Assembly: GCA_951406725.2 (NCBI GenBank) | Contig: OX597830.1 | Location: 18,228,001 to 18,292,000 of the forward strand | Length of the DNA: 64,000 bases | Direction: 5' to 3' | DNA from: Octopus vulgaris | Taxonomy: Eukaryota | Part shown: positions 27,814 to 41,288 of the stretch, one piece after another | Layout: the number at the start of each line of letters is the position of its first letter | How positions within the stretch are numbered: position 1 is the first letter of the stretch | Program-made: the position numbers and the translations under genes | Notes under the pieces: model-generated | Told to the model about the DNA's origin: nothing | What the model saw: only the letters and a program-made list of their open reading frames with translations | Database searches by the model: none

Positions 27814-27945
27814 TACGACGGGCTTCTTTCAGTTTCCATCTACCAAATCCACTCACAAGGCATTGGTCGGCCCGAGGCTATAATAGAAGACACTTGCCCA
27901 AAGTGCCATGCAGTGGGACTGAACCCAGAACCATGTGGTTTGTAA
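27150..27945 (-). mobile_element. Composite SINE A with a tandemly duplicated 289 bp unit containing a Helitron-like 5' fragment
   Basis: Segment GCAGTACAAATGCACG...GAACGGATTTTATA starts at 27301 and again at 27590; the same segment is reversed at about 34270-34460. Confidence 0.8.
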
Positions 27946-28565
27946 AACAGGTATCCAACCTTATAAATAAGACCATAGAATAATACAAAAACAATCTCAC
28001 TCTCTCTCTCACTCTTCCTCTTTGACTCTCTCGTCGCTGACACATGACGAAAGGGAATCTATCTTTCTGCCCATTTCCTTGCTAAAGACAACACATGCTT
28101 ATACTTGTCTCCTCTCATAAGCTCGTCTTCCTACCGTTCATAATAATTTTTCTATCGTCTTGGCTTAATAACTCTCACCGTTTGCTTTTACTGTCTTGTT
28201 CTCACTGTCCTGTTCTTGTTACCACTGTCACACTCCGCAAAAAATCCCAAATTTTATTTAATTTGCTGTGCGAGAAGGACTGTTTCAATGAAGTCACGTA
28301 TTGTCCTTGCCTTCGAATGCAGAGTAGATGAAACAGGGACAACTGAAGAAGGGGAATGTTCTTTATATTGCATGTCTCGTTTCTCTGTTTGTTTTTTTCA
28401 TTGTTCGAAAAAAAGTTCGTTTTCTATGTTTTTGTTTTTATGTTTTCGTTTCTCATTGTGTTCAACGTTTTTTGATGTCCTGTACCCATATATGCATGTA
28501 TATATACAGGTAGGTACATATATGTATGTATATATGCATATATTTATATGTTATTTATATTACAT

Positions 28566-28607
<42 letters not shown>

Positions 28608-28816
28608 ATGGCCCAGTGGTTAGGGCAGCGGACTTGCGGTCGGAGGATCGCGGTTTCGATTCCCAGACCGGGCGTTGTGTGTGTTTATTGAGCGAAAACA
28701 CCTAAAAGCTCCACGAGGCTCCGGCAGGGGGTGGTGGTGATCCCTGCTGTACTCTTTCACCACTTTAAAGGCGGTGCTCCAGCAGGGCCGCAGTCAAATG
28801 ACTGAAACAAGTACAA

Positions 28817-28857
<41 letters not shown>

Positions 28858-30227
28858 AAGGGCTTCTTTCAGTTTCTGTCAACCAGATCCACTCACAAGG
28901 ATTTGATCAGCCTAAGGCTATAGTAGGAGTCACTTGCCCAAGTTGCCATACAGTGGGACTGAACCCAGAACCATATGGTTAGGAAGCAAGCTTCTTACCC
29001 CACAGCCACAACTATTCACACTTCTAAAATTAATCTTGTATTATCTTGTAGCTTTGAAATTTCGAAGATGTGATGATTGTTTATACTTAGAATGACATTG
29101 GAGATTAAGTGTGAAAGTCTGGAACTGGTCAGTTTGAAATTTAAATAGGTAGAATATTTGGACCAGATATACTCAGTTTAAATGCTAAAGGGTTAAACAA
29201 CATTGTTCCTCTTGTTGCTTACCAGAAAATGTGTATCACCATTATCATTTCATCGTGATGATGAAGATGAGATTGACTGTGGCCATGCTGGAGCACCGCC
29301 TTTAGTCGAGCAAATCGACCCCAGGACTTATTCTTTGTAAGCCTAGTACTTATTCTATCGGTCTCTTTTGCTGAACTACTAAGTTATGGGGACGTAAACA
29401 CACCAGCATCGGTTGTCAAGCGATGCTGGGGGGACAAACACAAACGCACATATATATATATATATATATATACGACAGGCTTCTTTCAGTTTCCGTCTAT
29501 CAAATCCACTCACAAGGCTTTGGTTCGCCCGAGGCTTTAGAAGACACTTGCCCAAGGTGCCACGCAGTGGGACTGAACACAGAACCATGTGGTTCGTAAG
29601 CAAGCTACATACCACACTGCCACTCCTACATTTTGAGAAACATTTCTGCAATGATATTTGTAATATAACTTAGCAGTTCGGCAAAAAGGGACCAATAGAA
29701 TAAGTACTGGGCTTACAAAGAATAAGTCCTGGGGTCGATTTGCACGACTAAAAGGCGGTGCTCCAGCATGGTCACAGTCAAATGACTGAAATAAGTAAAA
29801 GAGTATACTTTATATATATGTAAAATATAAACTGAAATAACATTATTTATTGTGTGATCCCTTTTTATCTGTGAACAAAGCCTTCAACTTAATCCCTAAT
29901 GACATTATAATAACTAACCCACAATTTCATTCTGATGATTAGGGAGAAAAACTCTTGAATCCATTAGTGAACCAACAGGTTCAATATCACACCCCTTCAA
30001 TTGAGGGGTTTTGTCTTGTGAATTACATGGTGGCTTCACTGGTGTAGCTGCCATGCAGAAGGACCAGTGCAACATTGAGTAGAGTGGTTAGCGTTAGGAA
30101 GGGCATTCTGCCATAGAAATAATGCTAAAGCTGATATTACAGCCTGATGCAATCCTCTGGCTCGTCAGCTCCTGTCAAACACAATTGCCAGTATAGAAAA
30201 CGGACGTTGTTGTTGATGATGTTGATG

Positions 30228-30580
30228 TTGAGCGAACGGTCTTCGTCCCAGAGCTCGCAAGATGGGAGAAGTCCGAAACGTGGTCCTTTGCTATTCGTAA
30301 GACCCGCAGAAGAGAAAGCAGGTCAACCCCGACACCGAGAGCATCGACGGATGGATGAATGCGCATCCAGGCTCAGCAGTTACGTAGGAAGTCGGGGACA
30401 AGAAACAGGAAGAAAGAGTGAGAGAAAGTTGGAGCGAAAGAATATACCAGGGGTTGCCACCACCCCCTGCTGGAGTCTCGTGGAGCTTTAGGTGTTTTCG
30501 CTCAATAAACACACGCAACGCCCGGTCTGGGAACGAAACCGCGAGTCCGCTGCCCTAACCACTGGGCCATTGCGCCTCCA
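30228..30580 (-). mobile_element. SINE C head with a different about 170 bp GC-rich tail
   Basis: Family C head to CTTCCTGTTTCTTG, then sequence absent from other C copies, ending in (CAA/CAT)n. Confidence 0.7.
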
Positions 30581-33304
30581 CTTGTTGATGACGATGGTGG
30601 TGGTGATGGGGATGATGATGATGATGATGATGACGGCGACGACGACAATGATGACGTTTCAAACTAAACAGAATCATGAGGGAAGGCTATATGAAAGATC
30701 TTTAATGAAAATAAATATTAATTCGAACAGAGCTGTGTCATATAACACGTTTGAAAGAGAAAAAAAAACTATTTCCTATTTACATATACACACATGCACT
30801 GCGCACATAGATGTGTGAGGGACGTGATATTCTCAAGACTGAAATCCACGTGAAAATCCTTCAGGCCCCTACCTCAGCTCCTTTATATTAACATTCATTG
30901 TCAGCTTCTTTTAACCACCGGAATGACACTGTATTGGATTTATTGGTATCCTTTTTACAACCACCGACGCCGTCAACGTTAGCGATAACCACCTCTACAA
31001 CAATCGCCATGCCTCCAACGCCGTCGACGACTTCATCACCATCACCACCACCACCACCACCACCATCACTATAAGACACATAGCCACCACGACCACAACC
31101 TCTTCTATCAACCACCACCATTCCTATACACCACCGTCGTTAACATCAGCAACAGCACACTACCTCAATCGCCAGCATCATCATCATCATCATGGCCATA
31201 ACTACTACTACCACCACCATCACCATCATCACTTCCATCACCTACTCCATTCCTCCCACCACCACTATCACCCACATTATTACTATATACCACCACCACC
31301 CTTCCTTCCACCATAACAGTTACCGCCTCCTCCACCACCATTTCCGCCCATATGTCTCCACACCAACCTTTACTCTTACTCTTTCTCCCTTTATTTCTAC
31401 CATATCAATGCTATACAAACAAGTACCGCCCACATTATTTTCTCTCTTCTCATTCCCTCTCAATTTTACTCTTACTTGTTCTCTCTCTCTCTCTCTTTCT
31501 TTCTTATCTTTTTGCATTCAATGTTCCTTATTCTCTCCCTCTTTCTCTTACTTGCTCATTCATCCATTTACATACACACACCCTCTTTCTCTCTCATCCA
31601 CACACTTACTCTCTCTCTCACACATAGATAATTCTTTCTCATACACACACTCTCACACACAAGGTCTCTTTCTTACACACTCTTTCTCATACACACATAC
31701 TCTCTCCCTCATACACGCACTCTCTCACACATACACTGTCTCTCTCACACTCAAGGTCTCCCTCACAAAAGGTCTCTTTCTTACACACACACACTCTCAC
31801 ATACATACTTTCTCACACACTCACACACTCTCATACGTATACTCACTCACACACACTCTCTTACATACACACATACTCATACTAACACTCACTCACACAC
31901 TAGTTCTTGCTCTCTTTTAGCAGACTCTAACTTCACTATTTTCTCAACCTCCCCACCCCAACACGCACTCATCCAATTACTTTCACTCCCACTCAATCTT
32001 TCACTCATCTTAATCCTCCCTAAAACGCACGAAATAAATCGAGGACCACATGTTTCAATCACACTTCACAGCACCTCACCTCCCATCGTGTCCTCTAAAA
32101 AAAATAACTAGCCTCCAACTACACCATCACTCAACACCCATGTACTCACGCATACCCGTATGCACCCAGCCTGCGAGCGAGCTAAACCTTCCACCCTAAC
32201 CCTAACCCTATCTTACTATTACCCAGCTACCAACCACCTCCATACTTTAGCCGAGCATTTCAATACATCATACGGTCCTTTCACACCAATTCAACTCCAT
32301 CCAGTAGCAGACGACAAGCGAATGTGTGTGTGTGTGTGACTGCGTATATATGTGTGTATGCGAGAGAGAGAGAGGGAGAGAGTATGCGTGCATGCATCTA
32401 TATGTGAGTGTACGCGTGTATATGTTTGCATGTGTGAGTGTGACTGCGTGAGAGAGAGTATGCGTGTATGCATCTATGTGTGAGTGTACACGTGTATATG
32501 TTTGCATGTGTGTGTGTGTGTGTGTGTCTACGTGAGTGCGTTTTCGTGTACGTGTGGATCTGATTCTTTGTATGTATGCGTTGTGCGCGTGCGTGTGTAT
32601 AAGGACGAGTGGGAAAATAGGAGTAGGGGCTCTCATTAGGGTGAGGTCAGACGGTTAGTAGGTAAGGCTTGTCTCTTCAATTCACACCTTCCAACGGTGG
32701 CTGGCTGTTTACACTTTGGTTCGGAACTCAACGGGGATACGATTAAACGAAACACACACACACACACAAACATACACACATACACATACCCAGGTTTTGT
32801 AGAGCAAACGGGAGAAATAGAACTCAATATACGATCGTATATACTTTTTAAATTCTTTATCGGTAAAAAGTTACAGACGTGATTCGACAAAAGCAAGGAC
32901 GAGGCGGTTTAGTGAATGGCACATTTCAAACTCGATTAAGGGACACGCATGAAATGCTCCACACACACACACACACACGTATGCATGTAGGCGCAGGCAT
33001 GGCCGTGTGATAAAGAAGTTCGTTTTGGAACCAACTGGTTTCCGTTTCAATCCCACTGCCTAGCATTTTGAGCTAGTGTCTACTACAATGAGTGGTTCGT
33101 GATTAAATTGAGTTGAAGGAAACTGTGTAATTCCGTCTCAGTTGTATACATGAGTGGGCAAAAGTAGGCATACAGTTGCTTAATACGAGTGGAATGTTCT
33201 TTTCATTAAGATTTCTTTCATTTTTTTTAACCTACGCGATTCATAAGTCGTCTAAGGGATCTGCGGGAGATGTCTAGTTCATTGGAAGCCTTCTGTTTTG
33301 ATTT

Positions 33305-33535
33305 CTTATTTCTTTACTGCCCACAAGGGGCTACACACAGAGGGGACAAACAAGGACAGACAGACGGATTAAGTCGATTATATCGACCCCAGTGCGTAAC
33401 TGGTACTTAATTTATCGACCCCGAAAGGATGAAAGGCAAAGTCGACCTCGGCGGAATTTGAACTCAGAACGTAGCGGCAGACGAAATACCGCTAGGCACT
33501 TCGCCCAGCATGCTGACGTTTCTGCCAGCTTGCCT
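33305..33535 (-). mobile_element. SINE family B
   Basis: Reverse complement of 42212-42443. Confidence 0.85.
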
Positions 33536-34013
33536 TGATTTCAGTGAATGCTTAAACCACTCATGGATCTTTTCTTTTTGAAAGCCAGATTTTTCAGATT
33601 TTTCTAGTTATCTAAATAATTTGAAACTTCGTATACTGGTAGAATGTGTCATATTAGGGTCATGCTGGGCTCCCATTTTACAAGGTTTAGTCGATCAAAT
33701 CGTCCTTCATACTTATTTTAAGTCTTGTACTTATTCTATCGAATACCTTTTGCCGATATTGTGGTTACGTAAACGCTCCAACATCGGTTGTTAAGCAGTG
33801 AGAGCAAACACACACTTCATATACAGGAGTGAGCAAAAGTAGGTAAACAGTTGCTTAAAACAACACGAGAACGTGTTACATGCAAAGTATTGACAGACGC
33901 CCAGGGAAGGAAAGAAAGTTAGTTTTACGTTTTGAGCAAAGCTCTTCTTCTGAAACAGGAAACAGAAGAAAGTCCAAGAAAAAAGGAAGACAGAGGGGAA
34001 AAAAATGCCAATA

Positions 34014-34171
34014 GGCTGTGTGGTAAGTAGCTTGCTTACGAACCACATGGTTCCGGGTTCAGTCCCACTGCGAGGCACCTTGAGCAAGTAAGTGTCTTCT
34101 ACTATAGCCTCGGGCCAACCAAAGCCTTGTGAGTGGATTTGGTAGACGGAAACCGAAAGAAACCCGTCGTA

Positions 34172-34237
<66 letters not shown>

Positions 34238-34770
34238 CACACACATACATATATATATATAATATAATATAATATAAAATCCGTTCTGTCTGTCTGTGTG
34301 TGTCTTGTAGGATCTCGGGCATCCTCCATCCGATTGTGCTCAAATTTGATATGTAGATACCAACGGTACCAGGGCGTGTATAAGTCTTGAAAAATTAGAT
34401 GAATCGATTCCAGGTGAGAATGCGATCGATAAAGCCGTGGGAACGTGCATTTGTACTGCGTGGCATCTTACGAAGGCGTCTTCGACAATAGCCTCGGACC
34501 GACCAAAGCCTTATGAGTGGATTTGGTAGACGGAAACTGAAAGAAGTTCGTCATATATATATATATGTGTATGTATGTGTGTGTTTTTCTTCCCACCATC
34601 ACTTGACAACCGACATTGGTGTGTTTACATCCCTGTAACTAGTGGTTTGGCAAAAGAGGCTGATAGAATAAGTACTAGGCTTACAAAGAATAAGTCCTGG
34701 GGTCAATTTGTTCGACTAAAGGCAGTGCCCCAGCATGGCCGCAGTCAAATGACTGAAACAAATAATAGAA
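34014..34770 (+). mobile_element. Composite SINE A (head, Helitron-like fragment, second partial SINE A)
   Basis: Carries the same inserted fragment as the 27 kb composite. Confidence 0.8.
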
Positions 34771-35263
34771 TACACACACGCACATACATACTCTCTTATA
34801 CACACGCACCTTTGTGTTGGGGGCTCCTTCGTATTGGAAGTCACTTGACCCTGTTATCTTCCCTATTGTCCCTCTCGCGTCTGACCATTCTGTCCGAAGT
34901 CAGACGCCATGATAGATCGTTAGCTACTACACGCATTTTTTTTCTCCTTGTTTTTTCTGTGTATCTTTCTATGGAAGAGCGTAGGCTCGAAACGTAAAAG
35001 ACTTTTTCTATTCCTGAGCGCTATACTAATACATTTGTTTGTTTGTACACCACCTGCCTTCGTCTTTTGTTTATTTTCGTAAACTTTCCCTTTATATATA
35101 TATATCTTAGAAGGTTTGGAGGTGATGTACAAGTATTATATATATAGTAGGAGATTCTACTAGAGTTGATGCAAACTCTAATATATGATTTATAAAACAT
35201 GTGACATCTCGATAAAAATTTGTAAATGTAAAACCACCCGGATTTCTGAGTACCTTATTTCTT

Positions 35264-35358
<95 letters not shown>

Positions 35359-35652
35359 AGCTTCCAACAGTGTCAGCCTACCAAATTCATTCACAAGGTA
35401 TTGGTCGATCAAGGGCTATAGTTAAAGACATACCGAATGTGCAACGCAATAGTACTGAACCCGAAATTACGAGGTTGCAAAGCGAGCGCCTTAACCACAC
35501 AGCTATGCCTGCCAACAGGTTGACTGTTCAGTTGCTTCAACAACTGGATACTCCTCGTCAAGGGTGACGGAAATCCATTTATTTTAAGCTTTATAGATAA
35601 GTAGATTTGCAGTTATTGTACCAGCTCAGCTAGAGCATATGAAACATTTTAG

Positions 35653-36067
35653 GGATCTTTTCGGTTTGAACGGCAGTTTTTAACATAATTTCCACGTAAC
35701 TAAACACTTTTAAACTTCGTAAACTGGAAGAATGTGTTTATAAAACATCTTTTTCTCTTGGCTTTATTGAGAAAATTCTATAGTTTGTTAGATATTTGTT
35801 GTTTTTTTTCTTCAATTTCTGTAATTTCAACCAATCAATGACGTCTATTGAGGTGAAAACATTCTGTACCGTATGAATATGTCACTCGTTTAAGAAACAG
35901 ATTGGGTTTATTTACATTTGTAAAGAAAAAAAGATACCCTTCCCCCACCCCTAACCCTAACCCTAAAACAGATTGAAATGCAATAGATCGATACTAGGGT
36001 CATAATTATGGGTGACAATTTCATATGACACTGCTAGAAAAAACTGACGTTCAAACCGAAAAGATCC
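35653..36067 (+). mobile_element. MITE family D, complete
   Basis: TIRs GGATCTTTTCGGTTTGAACGGCAGTTTTT / AAAAACTGACGTTCAAACCGAAAAGATCC; internal CCCTAACCCTAACCCTAA. Confidence 0.9.
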
Positions 36068-37799
36068 CACACGCACATACATATATATACATATATACGA
36101 CAGGCTTCTTTCAGTTTCCGTCTATCAAATCCACTCACAAGGTTTTGGTCGGCCCGAGGCTATAGCAGAAGACACTTGCCCAAGATGCCACGCAGTGGGA
36201 CTGAACCCAGAACCATGTGGTTGGTAAGCAAGCTACTTACCACACAGCCACTCCTGCACCTATTGTTTACTTTTAAAACGACATTGTAGGGCATGTGCGA
36301 GAGAATGGTTCTGGGTAGTAGAATATTTGGGCCAGAGATTGCCTGTTTAAAATGTTAAAGGATCAAGACAGAAGGGCGTGATTTGAGAGAATTTGCCTGC
36401 TATTTCTTGCAAGTCTAGTGACCTCGTAGAAGCTTCTAAGCTTTTTTTGTAGAAGTGGAAACTACAGGGTGGAATATGCTCATTGGCTTTATTTTGAGTG
36501 AAAGTAATGTAAACGTTTCTTGCTACATAAGGGAGCTGACCCTGGAGCTAAACCACCACCACCACCATCTTCCGACAAAGTCATCACCACAATCTTCCAA
36601 CACTATCATCATCATCATCATCGCTTTCATCGCCACCGCCACGATGTCAAGATGACATACATTCTACATCAATGCATTTCGGGTGAACAAACCAATTCCT
36701 AACTTACTTTTCAGGACCACTTAGACACCCTTACCTCTTCCTATCAGAGGGGTGGGAAGGGAAAAGTAGCGGCGGGGTGGTGGGGGTGGAGAGGAAGAGG
36801 GAGGACAGAACAGTCTCCTCCCTTACACACCCACCCACCCACCTTTCAACATCTCTACTTAACCAGCAACGACCACGACCCCCAACCACCACCACCACCA
36901 CCGCTACCACAATATCCAGGACCCAAACACTCCAGGCTTCCAAGAATCTAATACATCATATTGTTGAAAGGGTCAAGTTCCAGGGTGAAGGTGACCGGCA
37001 GTGTTGTGTCGGGGTGGGGTGGGTGGGTGGGTGGGAGGGGGGAGCGTCATCTATGGCAAACCCAAGTAAAACACTTCATCATCCTTTCATAGCCACCACC
37101 ATCACCACCAACATCACCGCCACTACCATTACCACCTCCACCACTACAACTACTGCTAATACTACTACAACCACCAGCAAATATATCCACGACATATCAT
37201 CACAACCACCTTTAATACTACTACTACTACTACTACTAATCATCATCATCCTCATCATCATCACCATCATCACTTCAACTACCATCACCAAGGCGACTAC
37301 TACCACCACGACAAAGACCTGCACCACCACCACCACCACCGTAATCACCACAACCACCCCCTCCTCTCCCCGCTAGTTTTTGGTCTTTATTTTATCTTAT
37401 CTATATTCTACTTCTAACTGTTTTTTAACTGTTTTTTTTCCTTCTTCTGGATGTGAGACAAGAGGTGGGGTGGGTGGGGAGGTGGAGAGTTATTCCTTAG
37501 GGGGATTTTCTACTTGTGTTTCCTTCTGCTGGGTTTTCTCTTCCCTCTTCTGCTAACTTCTTTCTCTCCAAGACAGGTTGTTGCTGGCTGGCAGAGGTCA
37601 CAGGAATTGCCATCAAGAAACGTAAGACCATAAACAAATATAGCGCTGGATTGTCAGCATCGTAGGAGAAAGAACGGGGGATAAAAATGCCTACGGTATT
37701 TAATTACAATGCCTCATATTCTTGAGTTCAATTCTAGTCGATGCTAACTTGGCCTTTCATCTTTTCTGAGTAGGAAAAAATAATAGAGATCTTGTTTAA

Positions 37800-38103
37800 G
37801 GTACTACTTGGGAACAATGGTCCCGGTGCGCGCACTCGCGCATCCACGCTAGCTAGTCGTGACTAATCGATCCTACAACGACTACCTAGCAATGTAAGTA
37901 AAACACGAAATAAATAATTTTTTTACGCAAAAGTAAATAATTTTTGTTAAACAAAGTGAATAAAACACAAAAACACAAAGTAAATAATTTATTAAACAAA
38001 GTAATTAACACACAAAAACACAAAGTAAGGATCGACTAGTCACGACTAGCTAGCGCGAGTACGCGAGTGTGTGCACTGGGACCACTGTTCTCAAGTAAGT
38101 ACC
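37800..38103. mobile_element. MITE family E with perfect 9 bp TSD (Merlin/MULE-like)
   Basis: CTTGTTTAA|GGTACTACTTG...CAAGTAAGTACC|CTTGTTTAA; long imperfect TIRs. Confidence 0.92.
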
Positions 38104-38483
38104 CTTGTTTAAATTCTTCCAACCACTTGAATTTTTTCCCAAATTTTCGCCAGATTATTTTTTACATATAGTTTCAGTGTAGTTTTCCATGCTGATGACA
38201 AAAATCACAACCCTTTTTACTAGGAATTAACGATTCAGAAGTAACAAGCGTTTAAAGTTATGCAATTTTAACCACTCGAAAGCCTCCATTCGTGATATAT
38301 CGTGTGTGCCTATCTCCATTGCCATGGAGACCAGCATGCCCGAAACCTTTACGCAGTCGCTCGACATACTAGAAATAGCAGGCAAATAATCATGACGAAA
38401 ATCCCATTCATTTTCTGGACCTCTACAACTCCACAATATGTTATTATGTAAATTGTATTCTGAGAGTAGCAAGTAAAATTCGT

Positions 38484-40070
38484 GGACCTTTTCGGTTTGA
38501 ACGGCAGTTTTTTCTAGCGGTGTCATATGAAATTGTCACCCATAATTATGACCCTAGTATCGATCTATTGCATTTCAATCTGTTTTAGGGTAGGGGTAGG
38601 GGTGGGGAGAAGGGTATCTTTTTTCTTCACAAATGTAAATAAACCCAATCTGTTTCTTAAACGAGGGGACATATTCATACGGCACAGAATGTTGTTTTTT
38701 ACCTCAATAGACGTCACTGATTGGTTGAAATTGCAGAAATTGAAGAAAAAACAACAAATATCTTACAAACTATAGAATTTTCTCAATAAAATCAAGAGAA
38801 AAAGATGTTTTATAAACACATTCTACCAGTATACGAAGTTTAAAAGTGTTTAGTTACGTGGAAATTATTTTAAAAAACTGCCGGGATCTTTTCATTTCCA
38901 AGGCCTGTTTTTTCAGATTTTTCCTACTTAACCAAACAATTTGAAACTTCGTATACTGGTAGAATGTGTCAAAAGAAAACATAATTGTAAACCAGAATGA
39001 AAACGGAATTGTAATTTCAAAGTTTAACGTTGTTTAATAATTAGAATTTTAACCAATGGTATTCGGTCTCTCGGCTTCATATTATTTACTCCGTCTCAAT
39101 AGACGTAAACGGCTATTTTGCTGACGTATTTAACATACGTGAAATGTAAACACCCGGTTACCGTATTCCTTCAGTTTCTATTCACATTTTTTTTATATAT
39201 TATTAACTAACTTATATATTAAACTTATATATTATGTAACTAACTTAGTTTTTGTAAATTTTCGTATATTTTTTGTGATTTTTATTCCTTACTTTATTCG
39301 TGTAACTTTTATTTCTGTAACTTTTTATCTTTGGCAATCTTTCGTATGTGTGTGTATGTATGTGTGTGTGTGTATGTAGGTATGGCCGATTCAGTGTTTA
39401 CATTATTTCGAGTTAAAACGAAAGATTACCTTTGCTATGTAGAAAATAATGAGGTTGACTCAATGGAATAATGACAGTGATCGAAGATATAGACAAAATT
39501 TTTTTTGGTAATCTTTCGTTTCAACTCGAAATAATGTAAACACTGAATCGGCCATACATACATACACACACACACATACATAGATACATACACACACACA
39601 CATACATGCATACATACATATACACATACACCGAGTAAAAAATTTCAGTTATCTCTCTCTTTCACACATTACTCTCTCTGTCTCTTCATACACACTAACA
39701 GAAGTACTTCACTTACACAACATACTTTCTGTCTCCCACACCCCATCAAACACACACACACGCACACAAAACACAGACCTACGCACAGCTGTCTACGTCA
39801 CAAAATAGCTTTCTACGTCACACTAAGATGATGCAGTTAATTATTTCAAATGAAAACAAACAATACGATTGGTTAAAATTCGCAGATTTAATCTACCCTT
39901 AAAGTTATAAAATATATTTTTCTCAAATAAACAAGTTGAAACTAGTGTTTTCTTTTGAGACACTCTACCAGTATACGAAGTTTCAAATTATTTAGTTAAC
40001 TAGAAAAAAATCTGACAAAACAGGCCTTAGAAATGAAAAGATCCAACTGCCATTCAAACCGAAAAGATCC
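38484..40070 (-). mobile_element. MITE family D split by a nested related element
   Basis: Body 38484-38883, with the remaining TIR at 40045-40070. Outer flanks AAATTCGT / GAATTCCT match 6/8. Confidence 0.85.
38884..40044. mobile_element. 1.16 kb GGATC-ended non-autonomous DNA transposon
   Basis: About 85 bp TIRs GGATCTTTTCATTTCCAAGGCCTG / CAGGCCTTAGAAATGAAAAGATCC; 8 bp TSD AACTGCCG / AACTGCCA. Confidence 0.88.
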
Positions 40071-40717
40071 GAATTCCTTTTTAGAAAGGAAACTAAAACG
40101 GTATCTGTTATCTTTTATCTGTTTCGGTTATTAGACTGCGGCCATGCTGTGGCACCGCCTTGATAAGTATTTAGTCGAATGAATCGGCATATACACACAT
40201 ATATACAACTGGCTTTTGACTTTGGTCGGCCCGAGGCTAGAGTACAAAACACTTGCCCAAGGTGGCACGCAGTGGCACTGAACCCGGAACCATGTGGTTG
40301 GAAAGCAAACTTCTTACCACGCAGCCACGCCTGCGTCTGTGATCTCTCTAGAATCAGTATGTTTGTAGCGAAATGGCAGAATCGTTAGCGCGCCGGACGT
40401 AAAATGCTCAGCGAACAAAACGCTTCCAGCCTTTTTAATAAAGAATATTAGAATCAGTATGTTAACAATTAGTTTCCTTTTTAAAAACAGTAGTACGTAT
40501 TTTTTACAGCCTCAAAGTAAAGTAAAACATGATAAGGAAAAGCGATCCCACTTCCTACCTCACCATCTCTCTTATCACTCATTTTCTCTAGACATTTTAA
40601 TAATATTCATGACATCTTTGATAAAAAAAAACTTCTAAAGGACTCTATGTCAATTCCAATCTTGTCGCATCGCACGATTTTTCTACCCGGTGTGATACGA
40701 GCTAACGAATGAGTTTG

Positions 40718-41288
40718 GGATCTTTTCCTTTTGAACGGCAGTTTTCATCACAAAATTTCTAGTTAACTAAAAACTTTTAAACTCGTATACTGGTAGAATG
40801 TGTCAAAATAAAACATCATTTTTCTCTTGGCTTTATTGAGAAAATTCTATATGTTGTAACATATTTCGTCTTAATTTCGAGCATTTCGGCAATTTTAACC
40901 AATCGCTGACCTCCATTTAGGTAAATAACATTCTGTGCATAATGAATATGTCCCTCCTTTAAGAAACAGATTGGGTTTATTTACATTTGTGAAGAAAAAA
41001 GATACCCTTCCCCCACCCCTAACCCTAACTAATCCTAACTAACCCTAACTCTAACCCTAAATCTATAATGCAATAGATCGATACTAGGGTTATAATTATG
41101 GGTGACATTTTCATTTGACACCGCTAGAAAAAAATCCCATTTTCGTAGCGGTGTCGTATAAAATTGTCACCCATAATTATAACCCTAGTATCGATCTATT
41201 GCATTTCAATCTACCAGTATACGAAGTTTAAAACTTTTTAGTTACCTAGAAATTATGTTACAAAGTGCCGTTCAAAAGGAAAAGATCC
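40718..41288. mobile_element. MITE D variant with long TIRs and internal fold-back
   Basis: GGATCTTTTCCTTTTGAACGGCA...TGCCGTTCAAAAGGAAAAGATCC; internal hairpin at about 41067-41205. Confidence 0.85.

Noticed and set aside
28270-28360. CTGAAGA on the plus strand and GAAACAGTC on the minus strand near a Penelope-like AT-rich segment
   Set aside because: The two core parts are on opposite strands, so no complete ribozyme can be built.
30270-30300. GTCCGAAACGTGGTC hammerhead-like half
   Set aside because: I found no CUGANGA with a pairing stem I in any order.
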